A stretch of 64,000 nt of DNA from the human T2T-CHM13v2.0 reference genome, Homo sapiens. Below are positions 1 through 12,986 of the stretch, one piece after another (the stretch's first letter is position 1; every line of letters starts with the position of its first letter). The notes under the pieces were generated by a model that saw nothing but the letters and a program-made list of their open reading frames with translations, did no database searches and had not been told where the DNA came from. The position numbers and the translations under genes are program-made. The stretch lies in the NCBI RefSeq assembly GCF_009914755.1, contig NC_060939.1, one strand, 5' to 3'.

Positions 1-900
1 ATCAATCTTAACACCTGAATTTATAGATTCAATGCAATTCCAATCAAAATTTTATAGTTTATTTTTAAATATAGAACTGAGCAAGCTGATTCTAAAACTA
101 ACACAGACATGAAATAGGGCCAGGACAGTCCTAATAAAAAATAAGGTGAAGGATAGTTCCAGACACCAACAATTATTATAAAGCTTTGATAACTAAGGCA
201 GATGACAAACAAATTCATCACTGGACCAGAACACAACAGTCCACGAGCAGACCCACACATATATAAAAACTTGGCTTATGTTAGAAAGCCTTGCAGATCA
301 GTAGGGAAAAAATGCATTTTTCAATAAAGTATGCTAGAATAATTGGGTATCCACATGGAGAAAATGAAGTAAGACTCCTACCTCTAAATACACAATAAAA
401 CCAATTGCAGATAGATAAAGACTATAAAAGATAAAACTATAAAATTTTGAAGAATGTCTTATGACTTAGGATAGAAAAAGATTTCATAAATAAGACCAAA
501 AGGCATAAATTATAGTTTGTTCAGTTCTACTAAACTGCAACCAAGAGTTATGCTAATCAAAAAACATCATAAAGAAAGAAAAAAGGTAAGACACAACCTA
601 TAGGTATATTTGCAATATATGTAACTAACAAAGACTTAGTATCTAGTAAAGATAATCCCTAAACATCAATAAGAAAAAAAAGACCCCAATACAGGAATGA
701 ACAAAAATTTGAATAGGCACTTTGCATAAAAAAACCCTGAACAGCTCATAAACATGTGAAAAAGTTGTTCAGCCTTATTATTAATCAGGGACAAGTAGAA
801 AAGCAAATTAAAACCACAAAGAGCTATCTTTTCACATCTACCAACTTCGCTATAATTCAGAAGTCACAAAATATCACGTCAGTAAGGTCACACCAATAAA
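1..900 (+). mobile_element. Old, degenerate LINE-1 (L1M-type) ORF2 3' fragment
   Basis: Degenerate L1 motifs such as 'tatagattcaatgcaattccaatcaaaat' and 'aaattaaaaccacaaagagct'; A-rich on the + strand. Confidence 0.7.
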
Positions 901-1208
901 AGGGACTTAGGCTTGGCCAATTATATGTTTTTTCCTGTGTCTTTAAATCTTAAACAAGTGATTAAAACTAAGGGATAACTGAAGGTCATACATCATAATC
1001 AGAGTGGCAACATGCTGACCAGACTATTTCCATCAAAAAAAAAAAAAAAAAAATCCACTGCTGTGACTCTTGTGATCTAGACTTTCATGTCTGACAGAAC
1101 ATTTCCAAACTTGGTCCTCTAACCTTTTACTAATTATGCCCTCAGTATCTTCCCCAAAAGTCTCTTTTGCTGAAGCCATCCAGAATCAAATTATATATTT
1201 TTTGATTT

Positions 1209-1327
1209 GAGTGTGGTGGTACACACCTGTAGTCCAAGCTACTCAGGAGGGTGAGGTGGGAGGATCACTTGAGTCAGAGAGTTCAAGATCAACCTGGGGA
1301 ACATCGCAAAACCTCATCTCAAAAAAA
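1209..1327 (+). mobile_element. Alu monomer (FLAM-like)
   Basis: Single Alu arm 'gtggtacacacctgtagtcc...ggatcacttgag...catctcaaaaaaa'. Confidence 0.8.
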
Positions 1328-1412
1328 CTCTACATGACAGTAAATGGCTTTAAGACCTCAACTTGAATATTCACTCAGTGCAAAATGTTCATCAAGATAG
1401 CAAATGAGATAC

Positions 1413-1555
1413 CTAGCTCTTTCCCGGGCTGCATCCTCACGGGCTTTTTCCTTTTCTTGCCTCTGTTGTTCAATTCGGGCTTCTTGTTCTTTCCTCTTCA
1501 TTAACAATTCTTCTACACGGGCCTGCCGCTCTGCCTCTAGAGCTCTCTTGCGTTC
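1413..1555 (-). CDS. SCAPER: SCAPER coding exon, 143 nt (phase 0 to 2): ERKRALEAERQARVEELLMKRKEQEARIEQQRQEKEKAREDAARERA(R)
   Basis: Acceptor acattag|GAA, donor TAG|gtatct; E/R/K-rich open frame. Confidence 0.95.
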
Positions 1556-1820
1556 CTAATGTTAGAAATATTTGTTTCCAATATTAGAATTATGTGTAAA
1601 ATAAAAATGATTCAAAGTAATATACCTTTCACCAAACTTACATGTTCAAGCCAAGTAGAAACATGGGCTTGCCACTAGGTACTCTGCTTCTTAAAGTTTA
1701 AACAAAAATCAAATAGCAATGATATCTGGTTTCTGAAAGTCATTTACCAGTGTTACACATAATTCAGTAAAGACTTGCTTTTTTATACAAACACTGTGTT
1801 ATACTTGTTTTGTGGGAACT

Positions 1821-2105
1821 TGTGATGGTTAATCAGCTGCCAGCGAGGCTAGAATATAAAGCAGGCAGAAAAATATGAAAAGAGAGACTGGCCTAGCCTA
1901 CCAGCCTACATCCTTCAGCCGTGCTGGATGCTTCCTGCCCTCAAACATCAGACTCCAAGTTCTTCAGTTTTGGAACTCGGACTGGCTCTCCTTACTCCTC
2001 AGCTTGTAGACACTCTGTTGTGGGACCTTGTGATTGTGTGAGTTAATACTTAATAAACTCATATATATATATGTTTTATATATATATACACACACACACA
2101 TATAT

Positions 2106-2150
<45 letters not shown>

Positions 2151-2197
2151 TATATATCCTATTAGTTCTGTACCTCTAGAGAACTCTGACTAATACA
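1821..2197 (+). mobile_element. MLT2A (HERV-L) solo LTR with internal (TA)n(CA)n microsatellite
   Basis: TGTGATGGTTAAT...CTAATACA termini; perfect 5-bp TSD GAACT (1816-1820 and 2198-2202); AATAAA before the microsatellite. Confidence 0.9.
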
Positions 2198-5023
2198 GAA
2201 CTTAATATATGTTTTCTGATTAATCACTTCTAAAGCCTTGTGTTAATATATGGTTATAGAAACACCTGAATATGATGAAAAAACCATAGTTAATAGATTT
2301 TATTTCTGAACTAAGCTTTCATGATGGAATTAAGTAAAGACAGTTTGTGAGAAGGAGAAAGAGGTAATACAATAGAGCACAGTGGGTGTAAGAGTGGATA
2401 TCGGGTCAGATTCCCTGGTTTTGTTTCCTGACCCCATTATTCACTAGCACAGTGGCTCTGGGCTACTTAGTTACATTCTCTGTGCCTTACTTTTCTAGAA
2501 GATAAATAATAATATGTATTTCTTAGGATATTATAAAGCACAGATGAGCTAATATATGAAAAGCACTTACCATAGGGCCTGGCATATATAAAATTCTAAA
2601 TAATTATCATCATCATCATCATCAAGCCAGAAGATAAATCATGAAAACTGGGTAACTTCAACATGAAATATTTGTCACTAACATGTTCCTCATCTTATTG
2701 ATATGTTTCTCTGAATCCATACCCATTCCCCAGATAGCACTCACAACCTCTCGGTAGCCTCTCCTCTATAATTAATGGAATACATTGATCTAGGCTCTAG
2801 TACCTACTACTTACATAACCTTGGGCAAAGTACTTCACCTTAAAGAGCCTCAGTTGATTGTGAGATGTAAATTATTAATTACAGGTAAGTTCTCAGCATA
2901 GAGTTTAGCCATAGTAAGGGCTCAGTAAAAGATAGCAGAAAAAAAATAACAAAGCAATTTCTGTTCAGGGAACACAAAAGAGAGATTTGAACATTTCTAA
3001 TAGTTAACTGAGCTCACAATAGTAACTTCATCTCCACAACAAGCTCTATCTGCCCCAGGGAAAGAAAGCCTTTTAAAAATAGCCAAAAGGATCTCTATTT
3101 CTTTCTTTTTTTTTTGAGGGGGTAGGTGGTATAAGAAGAGGGTAAACTGGGAATTGGAGGGAATGCCCTTATTTGAGGAGGACATAACAGGCACACTGCA
3201 GACTGTTGGAGTCATGCAATTAGATTTTAAAATATATCCTTTACTGTCTGAGCATACTATTCATGAAATAGTTGTAGCTATTTCTCATGACTAATCAAGA
3301 ATAATATGTGGAAACTTGGTTAGCCAAAAAAAATCAAAAACTCTTAAGAGTAAAAACAATCAAATCTGGCACAGAAAATTTTCTCCATTAAAAAAAAAGT
3401 GAATAAAAAAATTCCTCTTATAGTCCAATTTTTCTGAAGTTTAAAAATTCCATATTATATCTGAAAACACATGTTTCACAACAAAATACAAAGAGCTTAG
3501 GCATTAAATATAAAGAATTAAAGCAGAATTTTTCATTTCATATTTTATTAATATAAGACCAAAGGCTTGAGGAATGTAATTTTTTAAATCCTAAACTGAT
3601 CTTATAAAATATGTATTATGTAAAAATAATTACTGCAGGTATGTGCAATGTAGCCAAGTGTACACTTGTAAACATAATGTCAACTTGCTGACTGTTTTAA
3701 TGGATATCAGACCAACTCCAACATTGTATGAAAAGAGATAACTGGACGTAAAAAGTTACTCAACCTATTAATTTCCATTTTTAATAACTTGAAAAGAGAA
3801 CTGGTAGCCATACAGCTAATGAGTAAAATTCAGCTACCATTTCCCAATCTGAAATTTAAATTCCCGAAAGACAGGAAACTTTGTACCTCATAAAGCACCC
3901 TGCAAAGGGTAGGGATTTCTAAATATCTGTTTAATAAATGAAGCATGACTTTATAAAATAATATACACTATGAATCTATATAGCCACAAGGAAAGAATTA
4001 AAACTTACAGCAAAGGAATTAGAAATATAACTAATTCTTAAGCCTACAGAAGAACCTCTCAGACCCCTTCATATCTCAGCCAGGGAGGTGTTTAAGGCAG
4101 CCTAAGAAAGGATTCTGTAGCTCCTCTTTATGCCTACAATTCAAATGATTAGGACAAAAGGACAAAGCAGGATAAGTAAAAAAGAAAAAATTGAGCTTAT
4201 AATTAATCAATAAAGAATATACATACCAATAACAGCAAACTGAGAATATATGATGGCAGCACTTGGTATTTTACTTACAAGAAATGAGAATCACAATTGC
4301 CTTTAATAGTCCATGAGAATGCTTCAAGAGTAAAAATAAAATGGATGGAGGGTCTCTGAAATTCTGTATTAGGTTAGGATCTTACCATTATTGTATTTAC
4401 AGAATACTTGGCACTAGTGCCTGTACAGCAAGTAATGATTACACATTTTTAAAATTTTAATGTTATACATGTTATCTACCAGTGGATTTTTCTGACTATC
4501 TATCTCAGTATATCTCAAGCATATGTAGACAGGTTTAAAATCTTTCACTGAAATTAAATCCATAGGAAACTTCAGCACTTTTAAAAACAAAAATAATTCT
4601 AAAGAGCCAAAACAATTCTTAAAGTGTTGGTTGGTGGAGGAAATTCCCTACTAGTTTAGTAAACTGTTTTCCTTTAAGTTTTAATGAATGTTAAAAATTG
4701 TGAAGTGAGAGTCATCATTTTTAAACGAAAGATAACTGTTATATTTCAAATCTGCAAAATGCAGAGTAAGGAACCAAAGATGTCTATTTAAAAATATACA
4801 CTACTACTCATGTACTTCACCTAGTTGAAGCTGATGATTCTATTGCTATGATTACAGTCTGCTGATGAAAGAACTGATGACCGTAACTGAAAGAGAACAC
4901 ACTATCTTTTAGAAAATAGACTTTATGTTTCTAGAGTGCCATATTGAACCATGCACCTTTGGGAACAAACACTAGGTTACTCCATTTGGGGTCCTCAGCA
5001 ACTAGCTTTAAATCTAAAATATG

Positions 5024-5999
5024 TGTGGGCGGCAAGCCACCCAGGTGCCAAGGCAAGAGACCGAGGGCATGAGCTGTTCCAGTATAATAAAATATACAAA
5101 ATAAGAATAGTTATACTAGATATAGATCACAGATATGATTATATATGAATATCATTAATCATTAGTTTGTAGCAATTACTCTTTATTCCAATATTATAAT
5201 AATCCTTGCTCTACAATCATAACCTAGGAAAAACCAGGCCATACAGAGATAGGAGCTGAGGGGACATAGTGAGAAGTGACCAGAAGACAAGAGTGAGAGC
5301 CTTCTGTTATGCCCAGACAGGGCCACCAGAGGGCTGCTTGGTCTAGTGGTAACGCCAGCGTCTGGGAAGATGCTCATTGCCAAGCGGACCGTGGTCTAGC
5401 GGTAGCATCAGTGTCAAGGAAAAACACCCACTACTTAGCAGGCCGGGAAAGGGACTCTCCCTTTCCCCCGGGGAGTTTAGAGAAGACTCTACTCCTCCAC
5501 CTCTTGTGCCCGCAGTTATCCTGAGGCCTAACCGTCTCCCTGTGATGCTGTGCTTCAGTGGTCACGCTCCTAGTCCACTTTCATGTTCCATCCTGTACAC
5601 TTGGCTCTGCCTTTTAGAAAGCAGTAGCAAATTAGTGAAAGTACTAAAAGTCTCTGATATGCAGAAATAATGGCGTAAGCTGTCTCTCTCTCTCCTCTCT
5701 CTCTCTGCCTCAGCTGCCAGGCAGGGAAGGGCCTCCTGTCCAGTGGACATGTGACCCACTTGACCTTACGTATCATTGGAGATGGCTCACACGCCTTACC
5801 CTGCCCGTTTGTCTTGTATCCAATAAATATCAGCACAGCCTGGCATTCAGGGCCACTACCGGTCTCCACGTCTTGGTGGTAGTGGTCCCCCCAGGCCCAG
5901 CTGTCTTTTATTTCTTTGTCTTATGTCTTTATTTCTACAATCTCCCATCTCCGCACATGGGGAGAAAAACCCACCGACCCTGCGGGGCTGGACCCTACA
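5024..5999 (+). mobile_element. LTR13-type (ERVK class) solo LTR, 976 bp, antisense to SCAPER
   Basis: TGTGGGCGGCAAGCCACCCAGG...GGACCCTACA termini; perfect 6-bp TSD AATATG (5018-5023 and 6000-6005); AATAAA near 5822. Confidence 0.9.
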
Positions 6000-6046
6000 A
6001 ATATGACAGGTGCTCAAGCAATGTTTGCTGAATAAAAAAATCCTAC

Positions 6047-6202
6047 CTGCACAGCTTCATCACGTGCTTGCTTTTCTTCCTGTCTTCTCTGACGCTCTTC
6101 CTGTAGCTCATTAAGCCTCTGTTCATATTCCTTCAATTTTGATAAAACATCATGACGTTTATTCTGGGCTTCAAGGGTATTTATAAAGGCAATTTCATTT
6201 AC
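6047..6202 (-). CDS. SCAPER: SCAPER coding exon, 156 nt (phase 0 to 0): VNEIAFINTLEAQNKRHDVLSKLKEYEQRLNELQEERQRRQEEKQARDEAVQ
   Basis: Acceptor tttttttaaag|GTA, donor CAG|gtagga, 52 open codons. Confidence 0.95.
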
Positions 6203-6284
6203 CTTTAAAAAAACAAAGAAGGTAAGGTTCAGATCAAGTTAATTCTAGGGCACATTACAAAAATAAGAAATCTAACAACAGTCA

Positions 6285-6666
<382 letters not shown>

Positions 6667-7414
6667 TTATTGGTCTTTTCTTTCAATATTTACCTCAAAA
6701 TGGATAATAATCCAGTGTGTATAAAAAATCCACAGGCCTTAGAAAGAAGTGATTTAGAGGCCTGCCACTGAAAACATTTTTAAGTGAAGAAACAATTTTA
6801 AATTCTTATACAGACCATCTTACAAAGTTCTACTTAATAACAGTGTAATTTGCAACTATACAAATTACACAAACATTGAAATAGGTATGCTCACGTTATT
6901 CTAATGAGTTTGAAAGGACAAAATGTAAAATAAACAACAAATTACTTTTCTTCAACATATAATGAATGAGTGACAATTAGATACAAGGTACTGAACTATA
7001 CACTGCATCCTTAACTTCACATATATTGATCCTTAATAGTCAAGTTTTGCTAGAAAGTACAGATATTATGAGTAAAGGATAGCTAATGATAAAGCTCAAA
7101 AATCAGGTAGGATCAACCCTCTCATTCTTGAAAGCCAGAGGGGAGGGTATGCTACAGTTAAAATGGTAGAGTGAAGTAGGGAAGTGAACACTAGAGACAA
7201 CTGTCTTTGACAGCCACAGACTACAGGAATCCATGCTGGATGGAACAAAACCTACGTTAAGATATTTTATAAATCTCAGAAAAGTTTGAATACAGATCCA
7301 ACTAAGCTTTCCCAATCTCCATGCCATGATACCACTTTCATAAGCACTTTAATAAGTAGATTAATCACAGAAACATCCTTCAAACTGTACTGAACGTACT
7401 CAAAATACAAGATA

Positions 7415-7717
7415 GGCCAGGTGTGGTGGCTACGCCTGTAATGCCAGCACTTTGGGAGGCTGAGGCGGGTGGATCACAAGGTCAGGAGTGCAAGCTAGCC
7501 TGGCCAAGATGGTGAAACCCCGTCTCTACTAAATATACAAAAATTAGCCGGATGTGGTGGCAGGCACCTAATCCCAGCTACTCAGGAGGCTGAGGCAGAG
7601 AACTGCTTGAACCCGGGAGGTAGGGGTTGTAGTGAACCAAGATCGCACCACTGCACTGCACTCCAGCCTGGGCGACAAAGTGAGATTCCATCTCTCTCTC
7701 TCTCTATATATATATAT
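7415..7717 (+). mobile_element. AluS with tail converted to (CT)n(AT)n
   Basis: Dimeric Alu followed by ctctctctctctatatatatat. Confidence 0.92.
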
Positions 7718-7881
7718 GATAAACAAGTATGCTCAAGGAAACTTTATTCAGACTATATCATAAACATAATCAAAATGAAAGAAAAAGTAATGGGACCTAA
7801 TACACTAAGCAAAATTTTTACAATAAAATAAAACTCACAAGGGAAAGAGTATGCAAAAGTCAGATTAAACAACTCAACCTT

Positions 7882-8195
7882 GGCAGGGTGCAGTGGCTCA
7901 TGCCTGTAATCCCAGCACGTTAGGAGGGCCGGGCAGGAGGATTGCTTGAGCCCAGGAGTTCAAGATCAGCCTGAGCAATGTAAAATGACTATCTCTATTA
8001 AATATAAATATATACAGATAGATAGATATAGATATATATATTTAGCCAGGTGTGGTGGCATGCAACTATAGTCCTAATTACTTGGGAGGCTGAGGTGAGA
8101 GGATTGCTTGAACCCAGGAGTTAGAGGCTGCAGTGAGCCATGATCGCGCCACTAAACTCCAGTTTGGGCAACAGAGTGAGACCCTGTCTCATTTA
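7882..8195 (+). mobile_element. AluJ element
   Basis: Diagnostic 'ggaggattgcttgagcccaggagtt'; middle A-rich linker turned into (TA/GATA)n. Confidence 0.9.
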
Positions 8196-8233
8196 AAAGA
8201 ACAGCAACAATTTGGAAGAAAATAATAACCTGT

Positions 8234-8562
<329 letters not shown>

Positions 8563-9458
8563 CTAACAAACAGCAGAAAATTCATTAGACAAACTTGGTA
8601 GCACTGAAGAATTTGACAAAAACATGAATTTAAAGAAGCAAAGGAAAGATGATAAAACAACATACAGTAGTATGTCCTTATCCACAGGGAATACATTCCA
8701 AGACCCCTGGTGGATGCCTCAAATCACAGACAGTACCTATATAGTCAGCCCTCCATATCTGTGGGTTCTGCATCCATGGATTCAATCAACCATAGATAAA
8801 AAATGTTTTTTAATGGGTGATTGTGTTTGTACTGAACATGTACAGGCATACCTCAAAGATATTACAAGTTTGGTTCCAGCCCACCACAATAAACTGAGTA
8901 TCGCAATAAAGGAAGTCACATGAATTATCAAATTTCCCAATGCATATAAGTTATTTTTACACAATACTATGGCCTATTAATTGTGCAACAGCATTATGTC
9001 TAAATAAACAATGTACGCACCTTAATTCTAAAACACTTTTTCTAAAAAATGCTAATGAACATTCGAGCCATTAGCAAGTTATAATCTTTTTTTCTGGTGG
9101 AGAGTCTTGCACTGATGTTGATGGCTGCTGACTGATCAGGGTGGTGGTTGCTGAAGGTTGAAGTGGCTGTGGCAATTTCTTAAAATAGGACAACAACGAA
9201 GTTTGCCACATTGATGGACTCTTCCTTTCCTCAAAGATTTCTCTGTAGTATGTGATGCTGTTTGATAGCATTTTACCCATAGTAGAGTTTCTTTCAAAAT
9301 TGGAGTCAATGCTCTCAAAACCCTGTTACTGCTTTATCAATTAATTTTATGGAATATTCTAAATAATTTGTTATTTCAACAATGTTCACAGTATCTTCAC
9401 CAGGAGTAGTTTCCATCTCAAGAAACCACATTATTTGCTCATTCATAAGAAATAACTT

Positions 9459-9697
9459 GGATGTGAGGGGGATCTGGCTGTAACATCTGTCACCCCATTG
9501 ATCGCCAGGGTTGATTCAGCTGATCTGGCTGGCTAAGCGGGTGTCCCCTTCCTCCCTCACCGCTCCATGTGCGTCCCTCCTGAAGCTGCATGCTCGGTCA
9601 AAGAGGATGACCATCCCTGATAGAGGAGGACTGGTCTTTGATCAAGGAATATGAGTAGCTGTGCTCCCCTGCTAGAATCTCCAAACAAGTTCTCAAG
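9459..9697 (+). pseudogene. 7SK snRNA retropseudogene (RN7SKP-type), 5' about 240 nt, 3'-truncated
   Basis: GGATGTGAGGG.GATCTGGCTG...CCCCATTGATCGCCAGGGTTGATTC...CCAAACAAG.TCTCAAG matches the 7SK 5' portion; no poly(A) tail. Confidence 0.93.
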
Positions 9698-10956
9698 AGG
9701 TATCTCGTTTATTTAATTTTTGTCATAAGACTGCAGCAATTCAGTCACATCAGCAGGCTCACTTCTAATTCTCATACTCTTGCTGTTTTCACCACATTTG
9801 CAGTTGCTTCCTTAACTGTCCTCTTGAACCACCAAAAATCATCTGTGAGGGCTGGAATCAATGTCTTCCAAATTCCTGTTAATGTTGATATTTTGACTTC
9901 CTCCCATGAATCACAAATGTTCTTAATGCCATCTAAAATGGTGAGTCCTTTCCAGAAAGTCTTAATTTCCTTTGCCCAGATCCATCAGAGGAATCACTAT
10001 CTATGGCAGCTATAGCTTTATAAAATGTATTTTTTAAAAACTAAGATTTGAAAGTTGAAATTACTCCTTGATCCATGGACTGCAGAGTGGATGTTACGTT
10101 AGCAGGCACGAAAACACTATTCATCTCCTTGTGCTCTCTCCATCAGGGCTCTTGAGTAACCAGTGCATTGTCAGTAAGCAGTAAAATTTTGAAGAGTCTT
10201 CTTTTCTGAGGTGGAGGTCTCAACAGTGGATTTAAAATATTCAGTAAACAATGCTATAAACAGATGTGCTGTCACGCCAGCTTTGTTGTTCCATTTATAG
10301 AGTATAGACAGAATAGATTTAGCCTAATTCTTAAAGGGCCTAGAATTTTCACAATGGTTAAGGAGCATTGGCTTCAACTTGAAGTCACCAGCTGCATTAG
10401 CTCCTAATAAGTGAGTCAGCCTTGACTTTGAAGATTTGAAGCCAAGCTCTGAATTCTCTATAGCTATGAAAGTCCTAGATGGCATCTTCTTCCAAGAGAA
10501 GGTTCTTTCATCTGCATTGCAAATCTCTTGTTTGGTGCAGCAGTCTTCATCAATTATCTTAGCTAGATCTTCCTTCAGCTTCTACGTCAGCACTTATTGC
10601 CTTACCTTGCACTTTTATGTTATTGAGACGGCTTCCTTCCTCAAACCTCAAGAATCAACCTCTGCTATCTTCAAACTTTTCTTCTGCAGCTTCCATACCT
10701 CTCTTAAACTTCACAGAATTGGAAGTAGTCGGGATCTTACTCTGGATTAGGCTTTGGCTTAACGGAATGTTGTGGCTGGTTTGATCTTCTATCCAGACCA
10801 CTCGAACTTTCACCATATCAGCAATAACCTGTTGTGCTTTCTTATCATTCATATGTTTACTGAAGTAACACATTTAATCTTTCTCAAAACTTTTCCTTTG
10901 CATTTACAACCTGACTGACTAGCATAAGAGGCCTAGCTTTCAGTTTATCCCAGCTT

Positions 10957-11161
10957 TATTTTTTTCTTTTTGTTTTTCAAGACTGGGTTTCACATCACCC
11001 AGGCTGGAGTGCAGTGGCTCACTGCAGCCTCACACTCCTGAGCTCAAGTGATTCGTTCACATCAGCCTCTTGAGTGGATGGGACGATAAGCATGTGCGAC
11101 CACATCTGGCTAATTTTTAAAATGTTTTGGTAGAGATGGGGTCTTGCTAAGTTGCACAGGC
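10957..11161 (-). mobile_element. Partial AluJ inside Tigger1
   Basis: T-rich tail followed by a reverse Alu right arm. Confidence 0.85.
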
Positions 11162-11270
11162 TCTAGCCCAGTTTTTGACAAGCCTTCCTCAATAAGCATT
11201 ATCATTTCCAGCTTTTGATTTAAAGTGAAAGATGTAAAACTCTTCTTTCACTTGAAGACTTAGAGGCCGC

Positions 11271-11373
11271 TCGTGAACCCGGGAGGCGAAGCTTGCAGTG
11301 AGCCGACATCACGCCACTGCACTCCATCCAGCCTAAGCAACAAAGCGAGACTCTGTCTCAAAAAAAAAAAAAA
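11271..11373 (+). mobile_element. 5'-truncated AluY-like right-arm fragment inside Tigger1
   Basis: 'cgtgaacccgggaggcgaagcttgcagtgagccga' plus A tail; TSD aagacttag(g)agg. Confidence 0.85.
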
Positions 11374-12703
11374 GACTTAGGAGGACACTGTATGGTTATC
11401 GATTAATAACCAATTAGCCTAATATCAATGCTGCTGTGTCTCAGGGAATAAGGAGGCCTGAGGATAAGAAATGGGGGAATGGCCAGGTCAGTGGAGCAGT
11501 CAGAACACACAAAACATTTATCAATTAAGTTTGCTGTCATATATGAGTGTGGCTCATGGCACCCCAAAACAATTACAATAGTAACTCCAAAGATCACTTA
11601 TCACAGATCACCATAATAAATATAATAATTAAAAAATCTAAAATATTATGAGTCACCAAAGTATAACACAAAGACATGAAGTGAGCACGTGTTGTTGGAA
11701 AAAATGGCAAAAATAAAGACTTTGCTTGATGCAGGATTGACACAAACATTCAATTTTTTAAAACTCAGTAAGTATCTTTGAAGCCCAATAAAGTGAAGCA
11801 GAATAAAACAATGCATGCCTGTACAGACATTTTTTCTTGTCTTTAACCCCTAAATAATACAGTAGAATAACTATTGCACAGTATCTACATTGTATTAGGT
11901 ATAAGTAATCTAGAGGTGATTTAAAGTATACAGGAGGATGTGCATAAGTTATATGCAAATACTATATCATTTTATACATGGGATTTGAGCAACCATGAAT
12001 TTTTGTATCTTCAAGAGGCCCTGAAACCAATCCTCCACAGATACTGAGGGATGACTACATACATTGTACAAATTTATTTTTCCTTCTTCACAATGTCACA
12101 AATAGAAGATCCATTCTTACCACTGATTTCAGTAACCTCAGCATAAGATTTCTTTCCTTTCCTTAGTAAGTTGAGAACTTTCACGCTTTCATTTAAAGGA
12201 AGCACTTTACAACTTCTGTTTGGCATATCCAAATTGCTAGCATCACTCTTCTTGTGCTTTGGGACCATTAAATAAAATAAAGGTTATGTGAACACAAGCA
12301 CTGTGATACCATGACACTCCACCTGATAACCAAGATGGCTACTAACACACCAATGAGCAGATAGCATATACGGCATGGATATACTGGACAAAGGAATGAT
12401 TTACGTCCGGGACATAACTATACAAGATTTCACCATGGTACTCACAACAGTACACAATCTGAAACTTATGAATTGTTTATTTCTAGATTTTCCATTTCCT
12501 ATTTTTGGACTGTGATTGACGAGGGTAGATGAAACCACAAAGACCAAAACTGCAATTAAGGGAGGACTACTGTCTTATTTGATAAAGGTGATTCGTGAGC
12601 TAAGGAAACAAACAGAGTACAAAAGTAACACTATCACAGAATTACTTAAATTAGAAAATGCATGGTACAGAACAGATAGTGTAAAAACCAACCCCAAATA
12701 ATG

Positions 12704-12986
12704 GGCCAGGCACAGCTGCTCACATCTGTAATCCCAATGCTATGGGAGGCCAAAGCAGGAGGATCACTTGTGACCAGGAGTTCGAGACCAGCCTGGGCAA
12801 CATAGCAAGACCTCCATCTCTACAAATTTAAAAAATAAGTCAAATTTTGTGGCACATGCCTATAGTCCCAGCCACTCAAAAGACTGACTCAGTAAGATCA
12901 CTTGAGACCAGGAGTTCAAGGCTGTAGTGAACTATGATCATGCCACTGCACTTCAGCCTGGGTGATAAGAGTGACACCCTGTCTCT
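12704..12986 (+). mobile_element. AluJ element
   Basis: Diverged dimeric Alu. Confidence 0.88.

Larger units (their letters stand above)
8843..11821 (-). mobile_element. Near full-length Tigger1 DNA transposon (inactive)
   Basis: TIRs caggcatacc and gcatgcctg with TA TSD (8841-8842 and 11822-11823). Transposase fragments in ORFs 9071..9280 and 10655..10873 (VWIEDQTSHNIPLSQSLIQSK). Confidence 0.92.
8742..12057. mobile_element. MER2 (TcMar-Tigger MITE) split by Tigger1 into 8742-8842 and 11822-12057
   Basis: The two halves rejoin as 'actgaacatgTA|cagacattttttcttgtc'; ends tagtcagccctcc and gagggatgact. Confidence 0.82.
8665..12572. mobile_element. MER44 (Tigger7 derivative), split by nested insertions into 8665-8739 and about 12060-12572
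   Basis: Terminal inverted repeats cagtagt...ccttat and taagggaggactactg. Transposase N-terminal remnant in ORF 12074..12268 (MVPKHKKSDASNLDMP...KKSYAEV). Confidence 0.8.

Noticed and set aside
4830-4890. Plus-strand TGATGA...CTGA pattern resembling a C/D box snoRNA
   Set aside because: Antisense to the host gene, C boxes lack the leading purine, no clear terminal stem, and no family I recognise. An Infernal/Rfam scan would settle it.
5183-5869. Cluster of overlapping ORFs suggesting a compact gene
   Set aside because: All lie within the GC-richer LTR13 solo LTR; no gag, pol or env similarity.
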